Below are positions 1-12,900 of a stretch of 64,000 nucleotides of DNA, piece by piece. The stretch lies in the NCBI GenBank assembly GCA_004431415.1, contig QPMI01000637.1:215910-279909 (forward strand), written 5' to 3'. Source of the stretch: Cyanophora paradoxa CCMP329. Its lineage: Eukaryota; Plantae; Glaucophyta. The notes below the pieces were generated by a model that saw only the letters and a program-made list of their open reading frames with translations, was not told where the DNA came from and ran no database searches. Made by a program: the position numbers and the translations under genes. Numbering within the stretch: the first letter of the stretch is position 1; every line of letters starts with the position of its first letter.

Positions 1-1
1 G

Positions 2-310
2 CCCGCCGCGAAGGCGGTCGGGGGCCTCGCGCCGTACCAGGCGCTGCCGGAGAGCGGGGGCGGCTCGGGCGTCAAGGCCGAGGTCGTGGCTCCCGCCGTC
101 GCCGCCGGCGTCTTCGCGGCGTCCATCTGCTGCTGCTGCTGCTTCGTCTTCGCCCTCAGGCGCCGCCGCCGCCGCAAGCAGCGCGAGAAGGCTCAGGCGG
201 CCATCGCCCACTCGCGACTGCATTCGAACGACCACGCGATCGAGATTGCGGTTGAGCCGAGCAGCAATTGGCAGCAGCAGCCATACAACAACTTCGTATA
301 TCGGCTTTAA
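2..310 (+). CDS. 3' end of a host single-pass membrane protein (partial; starts before the window)
   Basis: The frame is open from position 2. A hydrophobic stretch (VVAPAVAAGVFAASICCCCCFVFAL) is followed by polybasic RRRRRRK and a short tail, as in a TM helix with stop-transfer signal and a palmitoylation-type Cys cluster. Confidence 0.55.
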   Translation, partial: PAAKAVGGLAPYQALPESGGGSGVKAEVVAPAVAAGVFAASICCCCCFVFALRRRRRRKQREKAQAAIAHSRLHSNDHAIEIAVEPSSNWQQQPYNNFVYRL

Positions 311-1387
311 GGACGTGAATCAATAGGTTAGCTGCAGCAGCTGCATGAGTAGTTTTTCGACTAGATTTCTAGATCTAGAGCAGGTCTAGAGTTTCCGGAT
401 CACACGCGCGCGAGCGCCGGATCATTGAATCAATAAACATCTGCCAGCTTCTACCTCACGATCATTGCTAGCGGCTTCGCATTCGGACTATTGCTTCTGA
501 AACTTCCATTATTTCGTTATTTCGTTCTCCTGTGTGCTCGCCCTTTTAATTATCTCTAGAGTGCGCTTTTCGATCGAATCCTAGTTTTGAATGTAGGTCC
601 CTCGCCATAGCTTTGAATAGATGCGCGTAATCATAAACGAGTACTTATACTTGCATCTGACAGTTTAAGTAATGCGGCGCTTTTACGTGCCACTGGGCCA
701 CGGTGTGTGTTTGCTGAACGACCCCTGGTAGCCAGTATTACTGTCATGTAGGCTCGAACTCTTTGAGCTATCCTAGCTGTAGCTGGACTCTGCTGGCTGG
801 TTCAGTACTAATTAAAATGCCACTGAGCAGCCCGACAGTCGGCTAGCTAGAGATTTAAACTTCGCGTTTTCGAAGCGCTTGTTCTCAACCGCTGTATTAA
901 TTCGAATTGACTTCAAATGAAATTAGCACCAGTATTATACTCTTGCGCCGGGGCTGCACAACGGATGTAACCAACCTGATCCAGCGGCTAGCGCTCAACG
1001 CGGAGCTTCTGAAATGGCTAGTGCTCAACGCGGAGCTCGAAGCCCTAGGCCCGGAGGAGGCCAGCCGCGCGCCTCCGCGCAGCTGGACTCTTGCATTGTT
1101 CCGCTTGAGCTCAGCTTGCATCTCCGATTTAATATTCTCTATTCTCAAGGTCCCGCGGGGGAAGCGCAGGACCCCGCGGGCGGATCCGGAGCTCACAAGG
1201 TTCTCGAGCCGTCAATATCCCCTCGCTCCTCTTCTACCCTCTGCGAGCTATTTGCAAAGATCAACAAAATCATCAAGTCTACGTGAAGCTTAAGATCTAG
1301 AAAAAACCAACGAGCAACGCCTTCTGTCTCTCAAAAACCAGAGGGGGTTCGCCCCACCGTAGTCTCTCAAAAACAAAAGCTATAATA

Positions 1388-1420
1388 CTAGTGGCCCGGC
1401 CGCGATTTTCGCGCCGGGGG
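1388..1420 (-). mobile_element. Possible Helitron-type 3' terminus
   Basis: The minus strand reads ccggcgcgaaaatcgcggccgg-gcca-CTAG|T: a GC-rich hairpin a few nt upstream of CTAG followed by T. No 5' TC end and no RepHel were found. Confidence 0.3.
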
Positions 1421-2095
1421 TGCAAGGGGGGAACCGGGATCTAATGAAAGAGTCCTAGTGGCACGCACATGCGCGCGGCAGAACGACCCCGGCCCAGTGC
1501 CGAGCGCAACAAGAGCGCCCGGCCCGGCCGGCGTGCTCGGCTGCGGGCAGCGGCGCACGCGGTTCTGCGGTATAAGCTCGATGTCGGCGGCGTGCTGAGC
1601 GCAGCAAGAGAGCACGGTCTGGACGGCCGGGCGTGTTCGGCTGCGATCAGCGGCGCAGGCAGCGGCGCAAGCGGTTTTGCGGTGCCGGGCAGAACGTTAA
1701 CAGCGTATATACGTAGTGCGAGCAAGAGGAAATTTATTTCGAGGAGACAGCTAGGGAGAAGTGGTTGCCATGCAAAACCGCCGCGTGACAGCGCTAGCGC
1801 AGCGCCGCGCGAGGGAGAGGCCCGGAGAGCCCAGATCTATTGCTAGACGAGTGAGAGAGAAGTTGGTTTTCCCCTCGCCGAGTCGAAATTTTTTAAAACC
1901 ACTTTTCCCGAGTCGAAAGAGCTCTCGCGAGCTCGAGTTTGACGCTCGAAAGTCGAGAGCTGACCGATCCACCAAGCCAATCGGAACGCGAATAAAAAAC
2001 ATTTTCGTTGCAGACTGGCCCTCGGAAACGGCCTCGTAGAAAACTTTTGGCTGAAGCGAGGGAACGGGAAGCAAGCTGGGAGAAGCCCTTCGGTC

Positions 2096-2108
2096 TTCTT
2101 CCCCCCTT
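2096..2108 (+). repeat. LINE target-site duplication, left copy
   Basis: ttcttcccccctt is identical to 6543-6555. The last bases may be microhomology with the LINE. Confidence 0.8.
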
Positions 2109-4567
2109 AACGGCTGGACCTCCGCCCCTTTCCCCATTCGATGCGGTGTACGTCAGGGTGGCCCCCTTTCGCCCTATCTATATAATTTGTGCACACACCT
2201 TTTAGCCCTTTTGATTAATGCTGATGCTCGTATACGAGGTGTCCGCTTGTCCTCTAGCTCTCTTTGCAAGGTGCTCCAGTTTGCAGACGACACTGTTCCT
2301 TTAATCTCGTCTTTTACCGAATTGCCTTTCTGGAAAGAGTGCTTTGATAAATACTGCCGGCTCTCTGGAGCTCTTATTAATCTCGAGAAATCTAGCCTTC
2401 TTCCACTCCGCGATATCCCGCACATGCCTGGCCTAGCGTCGAGGACTGCCCCTGGCGGCGTCTTCAGGTGACGGATCTCCTCCCGCTGAAAAAATTCGAA
2501 AATACCTGGGCTTTCCACTAGAGCCCGATCTGTCTCGGTTCTGGCGGAAAAAGAACGCTGCTCTTGATATCCGTGTCCAGCAAGCGAAGACTTATCGCAT
2601 GCCGATGCGTTCCGGCGTTCTCCTTGCCTGGGCTGTATTTATTGGGTCCCTACATTATGCTCTATATTTGCTTGATCCCCTGATGCTCAGTATTCGACAT
2701 GGCAAGAGAAGCTTCGCGCTTTTGCTGGCGTGAGCGGGCAGCTTTCGAAGTATATTTCTCCTCTGCCGTGGCGTCAAGGTGGTCTCAACTGCCCGGATAT
2801 TCGAGCTTTTTCGTTATCGCTGAAAATGAAGTGGGTGGCCTTGCTCGCTGACCCCTCTTGTTCGGCTCCTTGGAAGGAGTACCTCTTGAGCAAACTGGAC
2901 GCTCAGCTGGCACCTTTTTCCTATGGCCCCGCCCTTGTCTCGCTCCGCCTCCCACTTGACAGACTTGACTTGCCTCCTATTTGGAAGCAGACTCTCTCCG
3001 AGTGGGCTCAGCGCCAGGGCGTGTGTCAACCTCGTAACTCTCCCGAAGTGTTATCCCAACCTCTTTTCTTCAATCCTCTGTTCAGAACTCCCGGCGACGA
3101 GGTCGACTGGAGTCGCTGTGCACGGTCCGGCTTGCTGCGGGTCTGCGATATCTGGGATTGTGCTGCCCGGGGGTTCCGGGCTCCAGCAGCTGCCTCCTCC
3201 GCCCTCCACTCCTTTTTCCCTAGTCTGTGCTCTGCGCTCCCGGCTACTTGGCGCCAGGTTCTCGAGGCCCCTGCACCGCCGCCTCAGCATCTCTGGTGGT
3301 CCGGACCGGACGCCTCGTTTGCTCTCCTTCGAGGCCCAAGTGGTACTTTTGTTGCCTTCCCCGTTCGCGATAACCAGATAATTCCACGGGTGCTGGACTG
3401 CGTACCGCGCGTTCCTTGCCGCCCTGCGGCTTCCCACCCTGTGGGCCTATCCTCGAGCTCCAATTCAATTCTGTCCCGTTTGCTCCCGCTGCATGTTTGC
3501 TTCAGCGCTGTCTTCCTCTCTCTTCGTCGCGGGACCCTGCCTGGCCTTTTTGTTCTTGGCGCAGGTCCTTCGGCCTTTCTTTCTCTTGATAATCTTGCGT
3601 TCACTTTCGCTCGTATGCTCCCTCTCCGCCTCTCCTCTGTTCGACGCTTCTACTGCCTTGAGGTCCAGCGGCTTCGCGATGTGTCTAGCCACGCTCAGAT
3701 GCCCGATGCTAAGTGGGGGTTTCCCGGCGCCTTGTCTCCGTCCCGTCTTCCTAATCTTGTCGTCCTTCAGTGTTTCCCGATGCTTTGGATCGATGCTCTT
3801 TACCGTTTGCATTTCAAATTGTATCGTTTGGGCGAGCAACAGTCGCCCCGCCGTCGTTTCTGTCGGGTCTGTAATGACGGATCTGCTCGCTCTCACGCGC
3901 ACGTTTTCTCTGAGTGCCCGCTTTCTCGTTCGTTCTGGGATTTCATTCGTGAGCGCCTGAATTTCTGGGCTTCTACTCTTCCACCGGATGAGCGTGAAGA
4001 GGTCGCAGTGCCTGACCTCTCTCTCTTCCACATCCTCTCGGTTCCGGATTTATCTGGGCCCATTTTACGCAGTAAAGTTAACCCGCCTTCTGCCTTCGAT
4101 CACTTGGAGCGATCCTTGCTGGCGTATTTTCCATCCAACAGGTTGCTCGCGCTCGGTGCGATCTTGAGGAGGCTGACATTGATGCACCTGCTTACAACCG
4201 CGCCGCGCTTGTTGCCGCCTGGGACAGAAATATGTCGTACCTCGAGTTCACCCTTCCGCAGGCTTCGGCCTTGTTGGAGGAGCGGCGCGCTCGCTTGGCT
4301 GCTGCTGACGCTGATGATCAGGCTGCCTCGGATGATGACGCACATGATTCAGAGTCTGGTGCCGGTTCTCATCGTTCTAGTTCAAGCTCTGATTCTGACT
4401 CGTCCGGCGCTCCTTCTTCGGGCGGTGCTGACAACCTCGTCTCTTCGCGTGACATCGATTCTGTCCTCCGGAATCCTGCGGAGTTTGCCGTTCGTGGAAT
4501 GTCCCGTTGGGGATCCCTGGTGGTCGCCCGCCTCCTGCGCCGTCCCCTCCTGCTCTGGCCCCTGTAG
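2109..4567 (+). pseudogene. LINE ORF2 fragment (RT C-terminal half plus zf-RVT CCHC finger), frameshifted
   Basis: Motifs across frames: GVRQGGPLSPYLY (~2145), LQFADDTV, SGALINLEKS, KYLG, PWRQGGLNCPD, and CRVC-x7-HAHVFSEC (~3860-3920). ORF 4232-4567 reads as a shifted continuation. Confidence 0.85.
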
Positions 4568-6542
4568 TGACCCTTGGGCCCATTCCTATTCCTGCTCTCG
4601 CTGCCCTCTCGACGCTCCTTTCCCCCATTCCCTGCGGTCCCGATCCCTGTGCTCCTTGGCCCTCTGGCCCCGCCTCTGCCTCCTCCCTCCTTACAACTTG
4701 CTGTCACGGGGCCTCTTCACTTGCCTGTTCCCGGCAGGTCCCTGGTCATCTTGCAGCTCCATACCCTTCTTACATCTTCCCTTGCTCCTCCACTTCCGCC
4801 CCTGCGAGGCCCTCTTTCTGACGTCCTCCTGGTTCAGCCCCTCTTCAGCCCATCCTTCTTGCCCCGCTTCTGCAACTGTGACGCTGGGCGGCACTATCTT
4901 TTTGCATGCCCTCCCGCCTCTACGTCCCCGGTCTCTTTGCGTCTGCATCCACTTTCCCGGATCCGCTTGCAGGCCCCTCGCCTCCAGAGCTCGCCATCAC
5001 TTCGGCCTCCCTCGCCTCCGCTCTCGATTCTCCATACCCTTCGAATAGCCGCCTTCTCTCTCCTCCTCCGCCCTCCCTCCCCCCTCGAGCTCCGGGTCCT
5101 CGGCCTCTGCCCCGCTTCCGAGTGTTGGCGAGACTGTCCTCTTTTCGGTCTCCCGTCATTCCGGCTCCCTGCTCCCCCTTCGGCGCCTCGGGTCCCATCT
5201 GCGGGTCCTATCCCGCTTCCTGGCGCTCGTGAGATTCGCCGCCGGCGCCCTCGTCGGGCCCTTGCGCCCTCGAGCTCGTCTCTCTCTGCGCCGCCCATGG
5301 CCATGACCTCCGTGTCATCTGATCCGGCGCCACCCGACCTTTCTCCTGCTTCGCTGCCCTCTCTTCGGCGCCGGCAGCGATCCCCGTCACCTGCTCGCGG
5401 CCCTTCCCCTGCCTCCGACCCTTCCTCGGCTCCCTCCTCGCCTCTTCCGTCTCGTCGGCCCCCGCCGCATTCCCGTCGGCGGATCTCTCGATCGACCCTG
5501 GACTCTCCGCCTGCCACTGTCTGTGGGGTACCTCCGCCGCCGTGTTCGGCGCCGGCTGTCAGTACTTTGCTCGGTAGCTCCCCCGTCGTGGCTCCTCGGG
5601 GGCCTCTTCGTCGTCGTCGTTCGCTGGGTTCCGGCTCCGGGTCAGATTTCTCGCCGGGCTTACCTTCTCCTGGCTCTGCTCCTGGGCCCTCAGCTCCGGG
5701 ACCGGCTTCCCCGATCTCCTCCCGGACTCGTGGACGTACCCGTCGCCGGCTTGCCGAGCCTGCGGCTCCTTCTACTTCCCCCCGGCGGTTTGCCGGGCCG
5801 GACCCTCCGGCCTTTGTTCTTGATACCGGACTGCCGCCTTTGCCTTCGTCTTCTGCTTCGCTGGTCGCGATCGTATCCCGCCGGCGCCGGCGTACTTCTT
5901 CGTCTTCTAGTTTAGTTCGGTCTGGTTCGGATTCTGATCGTAGTGTTGATGCTAGAGTTAGTTTCAATACTAGCAATAGTCCTCGTGCTCGACCTGTTGT
6001 TCGCCGTCGTTTGCAGTTCGATTGCCCGCCTCGACCCCGGCCGGCTTTAGTGATTCCTTTGACTGTCCTTTTGCCTGCTCTTGATCCGCCTGCTCCGCCT
6101 CCTGTGTCCTCCTCGACCTCGTGCCGTAGCTCTGCCCTTTCGCATCGTCCTGCTTCGCCTCCGCCTCCATGTCGTCTTGTTGTTCCTCTTACTTGTCTTC
6201 TTCCTGTTATTTATCTTTCTCAATTTTGTCCCCCGCTTCTTAGTGATGTAACATTCCTTCTGATATTGATGGTATCTCTAGCCTAGTAGCTCTGGCTCTT
6301 CTTCGTGTCAGTTCTCCTCTGTCCCTAGATCTGCTCGATTTATCGTCTCTTCTCGCTATCGATCTGTTTCGAGCTCTGTGTCTTTCCTTTTTTATTGTCG
6401 ATTTTGGCTCTTTGTTTTATCTTTCTTCGTGCTCTTGTCTTAGTTATATATAATTATTTTGCTTTTTTGTCTTTATGCCCCCTGGGCAGCCCCCGCAGTG
6501 CTGGTGTCTAGAGACTGTGGCCGGTAATTCACCAAAAAAAAA
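2109..6542 (+). mobile_element. 5'-truncated non-LTR retrotransposon (L1/Tx1-like LINE)
   Basis: It begins inside the RT domain, ends in A9 (6534-6542) and is flanked by the direct repeat ttcttcccccctt at 2096-2108 and 6543-6555. Confidence 0.85.
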
Positions 6543-6555
6543 TTCTTCCCCCCTT
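6543..6555 (+). repeat. LINE target-site duplication, right copy
   Basis: It immediately follows the poly(A) and is identical to 2096-2108. Confidence 0.8.
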
Positions 6556-6908
6556 GCAATAATTTGCTCCGATCCTTTCCCTCCTCTCCAGCTCTAGATC
6601 TCCTTATTCGAGCCGTCGCCCCGGGTGTCTTGGTTAATTTCCCTTCCCCAAACCTTACGTAAACTATATAGCGAGCCATAGACGGCGCTGGGAAATTCCA
6701 AATACCGCTGGGAATTTCGATTTCTTTTAAGCCTAAGCGTCCTGGCCCTTTCCAGCGGTGGCATTCTGATGCGGAAGGCTTGCAATTAACCCTAATCTAA
6801 AATGTCGGACACTTCACATGAATAACACTTCGTTTATAAGACGCGCTATAGGGTTGCCACGTATGTACGTAAACGCGCTGTAGCTTGTAGACTGGCGGCC
6901 TCGGGGGC

Positions 6909-9900
6909 TCAAGAGATGCTACACGCCGAAGATTTGGATTTGCTGCGAGCCGCGGCTGCGGTCATCGGCGCCGGGGCTGGCGCGGCTGAGGGAGGATTCG
7001 AAGGCGTTGGTACGGCGCCTTCGAGTTCCTTTGCAGCGCGCGCCTCCCCGAGCTTGCGCCTGGCCTGCCCGACCCGCGCCGCGCGTCAGCGGCAAGTCGC
7101 ACACGCGTACGACGGCGTTCGCCGAGTTGTACACGCGGCCAACCCGCCGCGGCGCGGGAACAGAAGCATGAAACCCCGCACCGCTTGGAGGCGCCTCAGC
7201 TCCTCCTTGAGGGCGGAGAGCTCGCTGGCGCTGGCGCTGGCGGATGCAGATGCCTCCTTCTGCACATGTACGGCGGATGCAGCACCGGCGGCTTCATGGG
7301 CAGCTGCCGTCGCCTCGGATGAGCTCAGCGCCTCGGCTCGATCGGAGCTCGCGATCGGCGTGGACTGTGCCTGCATGACCGCCTCCACATTCTGCCGCTC
7401 GCTCGCTCGCTGAGGGATCCCTTCGAAGGCACGCGGGCGGGCTCGCACCGCGAGGAGGGCGACGCTGCCGTGGGTGAGGAAGACGTGCACCAGCTCGTCC
7501 CCCAGCACGCCGCCCGGATCCTGGCCCGGGGGCTCGGAACGATTGGCGGGCTCGGAAAGATGGGCGGAAGGTGGAATTTCGAATCCGGGCCTCGCCTCTA
7601 GATCTCCCTAGCTTCGAATTCTTCGCACCGGGAGGGTCGCCACCACGACGGGCCGCAGCGGGCGCTTGTTGATCTCGGCGAGCTGCGCGGGGGCGCGCCG
7701 GCGCCAGAGTCACCGGATGAGAATGCCTGGAGATAGGGGGGAGCGGGGGCGGGCGAGGGCGGGCGGGCCTGGAGGCGGTCGCGGAGGAGGGGCTCGGCGA
7801 GGGACACCTCGGAGAGGAGGGGCACGAAGGCCGCGCAGCGGACGGCGGCGCGGTCCGCCCCCGCGTGCCCCTCCGCCCCCTCCCCCGCCCCGCCCTGCCC
7901 GCGCCGGCGCAGCGCACCTGAGTCATGCGGGGGAGGGCGGGGGCGGGCGGAGGGGCGGGCGGCGCACGGCGCATTCTGCCCAGCAGAGGGCGCCGCGGTG
8001 CAGGAGGGCGCGGGCCACCTGCAGCGCCATTGGCGCGTCCTGGCCCCGGGGGGGGCTTAAGCCTCGCAAGTAGGAGCCACTGTAAAGCTCTAATCGATGC
8101 AAAAGAGGCGCACCGGGAGAGAGCACCAGAGGAAGACGAAGGGGCGGGGGCCCTCCAAATCGCAGCGGGCGGCGCGCAGCTCCGCGGCCGCCGCCTCCGC
8201 ATCCTCGGCCGAGGCGGCCGAGCCGTCGCCCGCGGGGCCGGCGCCGCCGGCGAGGCGCTGGGAGAGGACGAGGGCGAAGTGGGGCAGGCCCGAGGCCAGG
8301 AGCTCCGCTCTGCTTTACTGAGTTAGTTTGTCCGCGAGGGGCCGGGCCATCTGTTCGGAGTTATTTTTGCGGAATTTAATTTGGCGCACGACGAGAGATC
8401 TGATGGGGGGACGCTCGCGAGTGCGCAAAGTTCAGCTGCCAAACGGCCGTTTAAAATCGACCGAAGCACGAACCGGCGAACTGCTCGGATCCAATATTAA
8501 TATATTGATATCGAGTGCGAAGATATGTGAGATGACATCGATTTCGCAGCGCGTTGCTTCAAGACCGAACCTGCGTCTTCAGGAGGTATCCCTGCGCGAA
8601 AATCACGATTCCACCCCGACAAAGACGAGAGCGCGTGTGCGGAGTCGCAGCTGGCCTGTATCTGCTCGTCGAGGCTGCACTTCTCCAGCCAGACGGGGTA
8701 GACGGCCCGCCCGAGGCGCCGGGCCTCTGCGAGGTGGCCGCGGCAGAGCTCGCCGCCCACGCCCGCGGCGCTGACCTGCACGGCTCGAGTGAGAAGGGGC
8801 GCGGGCCCGATCGAAGGCTCAGCCGAGAGCCCCGAACCACGAGCACGACCACCGTGGCGATCGAGAGGCCCTCGTCCGGGTCTTCGGGATCGCAGCACTG
8901 CGCCCACGTGCGGGCGTGAGGCAGACAAGCGTCGCTTAATTCATGAATCGCTCTCCAGAGGGTCCGGCGGCCGCGGGCGTACGGTGATCCCAGCTGCCTC
9001 AAGGGCGGCCCGCAGGGCGTGTGCGAGCGCCCTGTCCGGCGCGGCTCCAGCTCGACTGGCAACACGTAAACACAACGACGCTGACGGAAAACATCGAGGT
9101 AGGTCCGCCTCACCTGATGAAGACGTCCTTGAGCTTTGCGGCCCGCTTGAGCGCCGCCTGGGCGTGCGAAACCCGTCGTGTGAGAAAACGGATGGCTTCT
9201 TCGACGTTGACGGGCGCGGGCCGCGCAGCTCGGACCTGGAAGTTCAAGTCGGGGTGGATCTGCCACACCATCCTGTGCGCCCAAGGGTGATTCTCGAATC
9301 TTTAATCACGGGCAGGAATGCAGGTCTTCTAGATCTAGACGCTAGAGCGCGCAAGCCGTGCGCGGAAAGCGGGCGCGAACTTTCGCGTCGCGCTGGATGC
9401 GGACTGCAATGTGCGGCTTGCGTCGGCCCCTGCCCGCGCACTGAGCCGCTCGGAAGGGAAGCGGGTGGATCGCGAGGGCGGATGCTCACCGCGCGATATG
9501 AGCAGCTCGCAGACGGCGAGGAGGGCGGGGCCCGAGGCGACGGCGCGCGAGAGGGCCGTCTCCCCCTCCACGTCCCGCCCGCTGCGGCCCGCCCGCCCGC
9601 CCGTCAGCGGCGCAGGCGGGCGGGGCGCGCGGGCGGGCGGGCGCGCTCGAGGTCGGCCTCGGGGGCGGCGCGGGCGAGGCGGAGGGCGGTGAGGTGGAGG
9701 CCGTGGCGGCACGCGCACGCCAGCGCCGACTCACCCCCGGGGCCCGCCTCCACATCGACGTCCACCACGCCGTCCCCCTCGAGGCGCCCCTCGAGCTGCA
9801 GGAGCCGCATCGCGCCGGCCAGCAGCCGCGCGGCCCCCGGGGGCGGCGCCACCGAGATCAGGCTCTTCCCCGCGCTCGAGGTGATCACCACGTGGCCCTC

Positions 9901-12900
9901 GTGATTCTCCGGCACCTGCGCAGCGCAACAAAGCCGAATGAGAACCACAATAATGTCACATTGATTACAGAGCAAAACAAAAATCTCCGCGCCAACGGGT
10001 TCTGCCAATCAATCTCCGAGCGCTTCACAGGGCCCGGGAGGGAGAGCAGCAGGTCCAGCGCCAGCCTGCACGCGCGGGTGCCCGCGATCGCAATCTCGAG
10101 CCCGGGCTCGAGCGGCGCAGGCGCAAGGCGGGGCCCCCGCGCGCACCGCCCGTGATCGAGGCCGCCTTCCATTCGCACGGCCCACCAGATGACGCTGGCG
10201 AGACTGCGGGGCGTCAGCGCGAGGCGTCGCGTGTGCAAGTGGAGGGCACGTGCACGAGCTTGCACGCACGCTTGCACAGATTTGTCTCTTTGATGGCCCG
10301 TGTCCAGATCGAGAGAGAGCTCGCCGCTCGCGAGCTGCTCCAGGAGGAACCCTCGGAGCGCCGGTTTGTACCAGCTATGCGCCAGCGCGGCTGCCACCTC
10401 GGCCCGCGATGCAGGCACAAGCTGGAAGAGTAATCTGCGCGAGGCATCGACAGCGATAGCGACGTCGGCTGGCGGCGGGGCGGGCGAGCGCACTGGAGGC
10501 CTTCGACGTTGCCCTGCTTGGCGAGGGAGACGACCACCGTGTCGCCGGCCTTCGTCGCCGCGGCGGGGTCGGCGCCGCTGCGCAGGAGCGCGCCGAGGGC
10601 CTCAGGCGGGCAGTTCGCCGAGCCCGCGGCGAGCAGGAGGGCCGTGGCGCCGCGGCTGTCCCGCTCGTGCACGTCCGCCCCCGCCGCGCAGAGCAGCTCG
10701 ACGCAGCGCGCGTGGTCCGCCGGTCCTCCCACCTTCCCGTTCGCGTTGGCGGACGGCTTGGCCGCGTACAGGAGCGCTGACTGGTTCTTCTCGTCGCGCA
10801 TATTCACGTCCGCGCCGCCCTTGAGGAGCACCCTGGCGTCAGAGGCGAGGATCAGAGTGGGAATTTCGCAGCGTTAAGGAATTCGAAATTTGCGGCTTTC
10901 GCGCACTCGACTGCCGAGGCACACGCGCGGCGCGCGGCGCTGTGGAGGGGCGTCGGGCCGTCGCCGCGCCGCTCGCCCTCCTTCCGCACGTTGGGGTTGG
11001 CGCCGCGGGCGAGCAGCATGCGGTAGACCTCAGGCTCGTCGACCAGCTCGGCGCAGAGGCCGAGGGGCGCCACGCCCGCGCTCCGCACGTTCGGGTCCGC
11101 CCCCGCCTCCAGCAGCAGGCCCAGGACGGCGACGAGCCCGCGCTCGCCCGGCTCCCTCGCCCCGTAGCCCGCCGCCCCCACCGCCGCGAACACCGCGCCC
11201 TCGTTGCGCCCGCCGTGCCGCACGTCGGCGCCCCTCTCCAGGAGCAGCCTCGTCATCTTCGCGCTCTTGAGCGCGCTGAGCAGACCCTCGTTCGGGTCGC
11301 CACCGCTGTCGAGGGCCAGAAGGAGCATCTCGAGGGGGTCGACGCCCAGACGAAGGTCTTGGGGGCTCCTGAGCTTCCCAGCCGCGCCGTCCTTCAGATC
11401 GCCCTCCGCCCGGACGGCCGCGGACACGAGAGGGGCGAGGAACTCGCAGCCGCTGAGCTCCGGCATGGCCTTCTGCTCGGGGGAGAGGCGTGGGACGACG
11501 CCGCGGGCGATGAGGTGCCGCGCAAGCGGAGGGTCGGCCGAAGGCCCGTGCAGAACGCGGGCGAGCGCCTGCACGGCGGCCGGCGTGGCCGGTGGCAGCG
11601 CTATTTTTAGGTCGTCCAGGAGGCTGGGCGCACGGAGGGGGGGGGGGGGGTGAGGATACGACCCGGACAACGGTTGCGGGCTTGGAAATCGTATATACGC
11701 GCACAGAAGATCGTCGAGGTCGAAGAGGGAGAGGGGGTAGGTGCCAGTGCGGGCAGCGGCGTGGCCGCCTTCGAGGCTGTAGCAGGCCGAGTGGTCGAAG
11801 TGCGCGAGCGGGGGCCCCTCCTTGGCGAACGGGTCCGCCCCGCGTGCGAGGAGCTCGCTGATTATAAGTGGAGAACGGTGACGAGGTCAGCCTTGCAATT
11901 GCGACGTGGTAGCCGCGAGCAGCGCGCGATGCTCACCGGATGACGGCGGCGCGGGCGCGGCGGGAGCCCTCCAGGCGGGGGTCCCGCAGGAGCAGGGCGA
12001 GGTAGAGGGCGCTGTGGCCCGCCGAGTCCCGCCCGTTCGGGTCGCACCCGCGCCCCAGCAGCTCCCTGCCCCGCTCCCGCGATCAGCGCCGCCACGCATA
12101 CGATCAACGGCGCCGGCATTTAATCTTCTCAATTGCATGCACATGCGCATGCCTGACAGAGGAGAGGTCGTTGTTGACGGCCGCCTGGGCGAGGCACGGG
12201 GCGTGGATCGGAGGTGATGGCTTGTTGGCGGACAAGATCGAGGCCCGCACGGCCTGGAGCGGGTGGCAGGAGAGCTCGAGCGCCCTCGGGGCGCGGCAGT
12301 CCGCGCCCAGGGCGAGCAGCGCCCTGGCGGTGGCGGAGTGGCGGCCGGCGAGGGCGAGCCCGAGGGCCGAGGGGAGGCCGCTGCCGGGGCGGTCCACGGG
12401 GGCGCCGCGCTCCGCGAGGAGCCGCACGACGCCCGCGGCGCCGCACGCAGCCGCGAGCTCCAGGGCCGACGGGCCCGCCGGCTCCGGCGGGGCCCGCGAG
12501 GGCCACGGCGCTGCGGTAACGGGCGAAACGCGTGTCGATGCGCGAGCTGCTGCGACGCGTCTTGAAAGAAAGACGCACTTCGCTGCTGGATGAAGCAGGG
12601 GTCTGCGCCCTTCGCGAGAAGTTCCCTGGGCGGCCACACACGTGAGCGACGAGATCGAATCGAGATCGAATCGAGTGCCGACCTGACGGCTACAAGTTTG
12701 CCGTTCGCGCAGGCGGCTTCGATGGGAGAGCCGAAGGAAAGGAAGGCCGGCGCCTCGGAACCGGCCTTCACGCCAGGCGGTGTCAAAACGAGTGCCGTCG
12801 CACTCGCACCGTTATCGAGCAGCAGCCTGGAGCAATTTCATTCAGTGAGAATCAGATTTGAATCTATTCAGTAAGAAGCGAATTAATTCGGTTAGGAGCT

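Noticed and set aside
985-1045. 30-bp-period tandem duplication ggctag(c/t)gctcaacgcggagct
   Set aside because: There are only two copies and no supported gene or element context.
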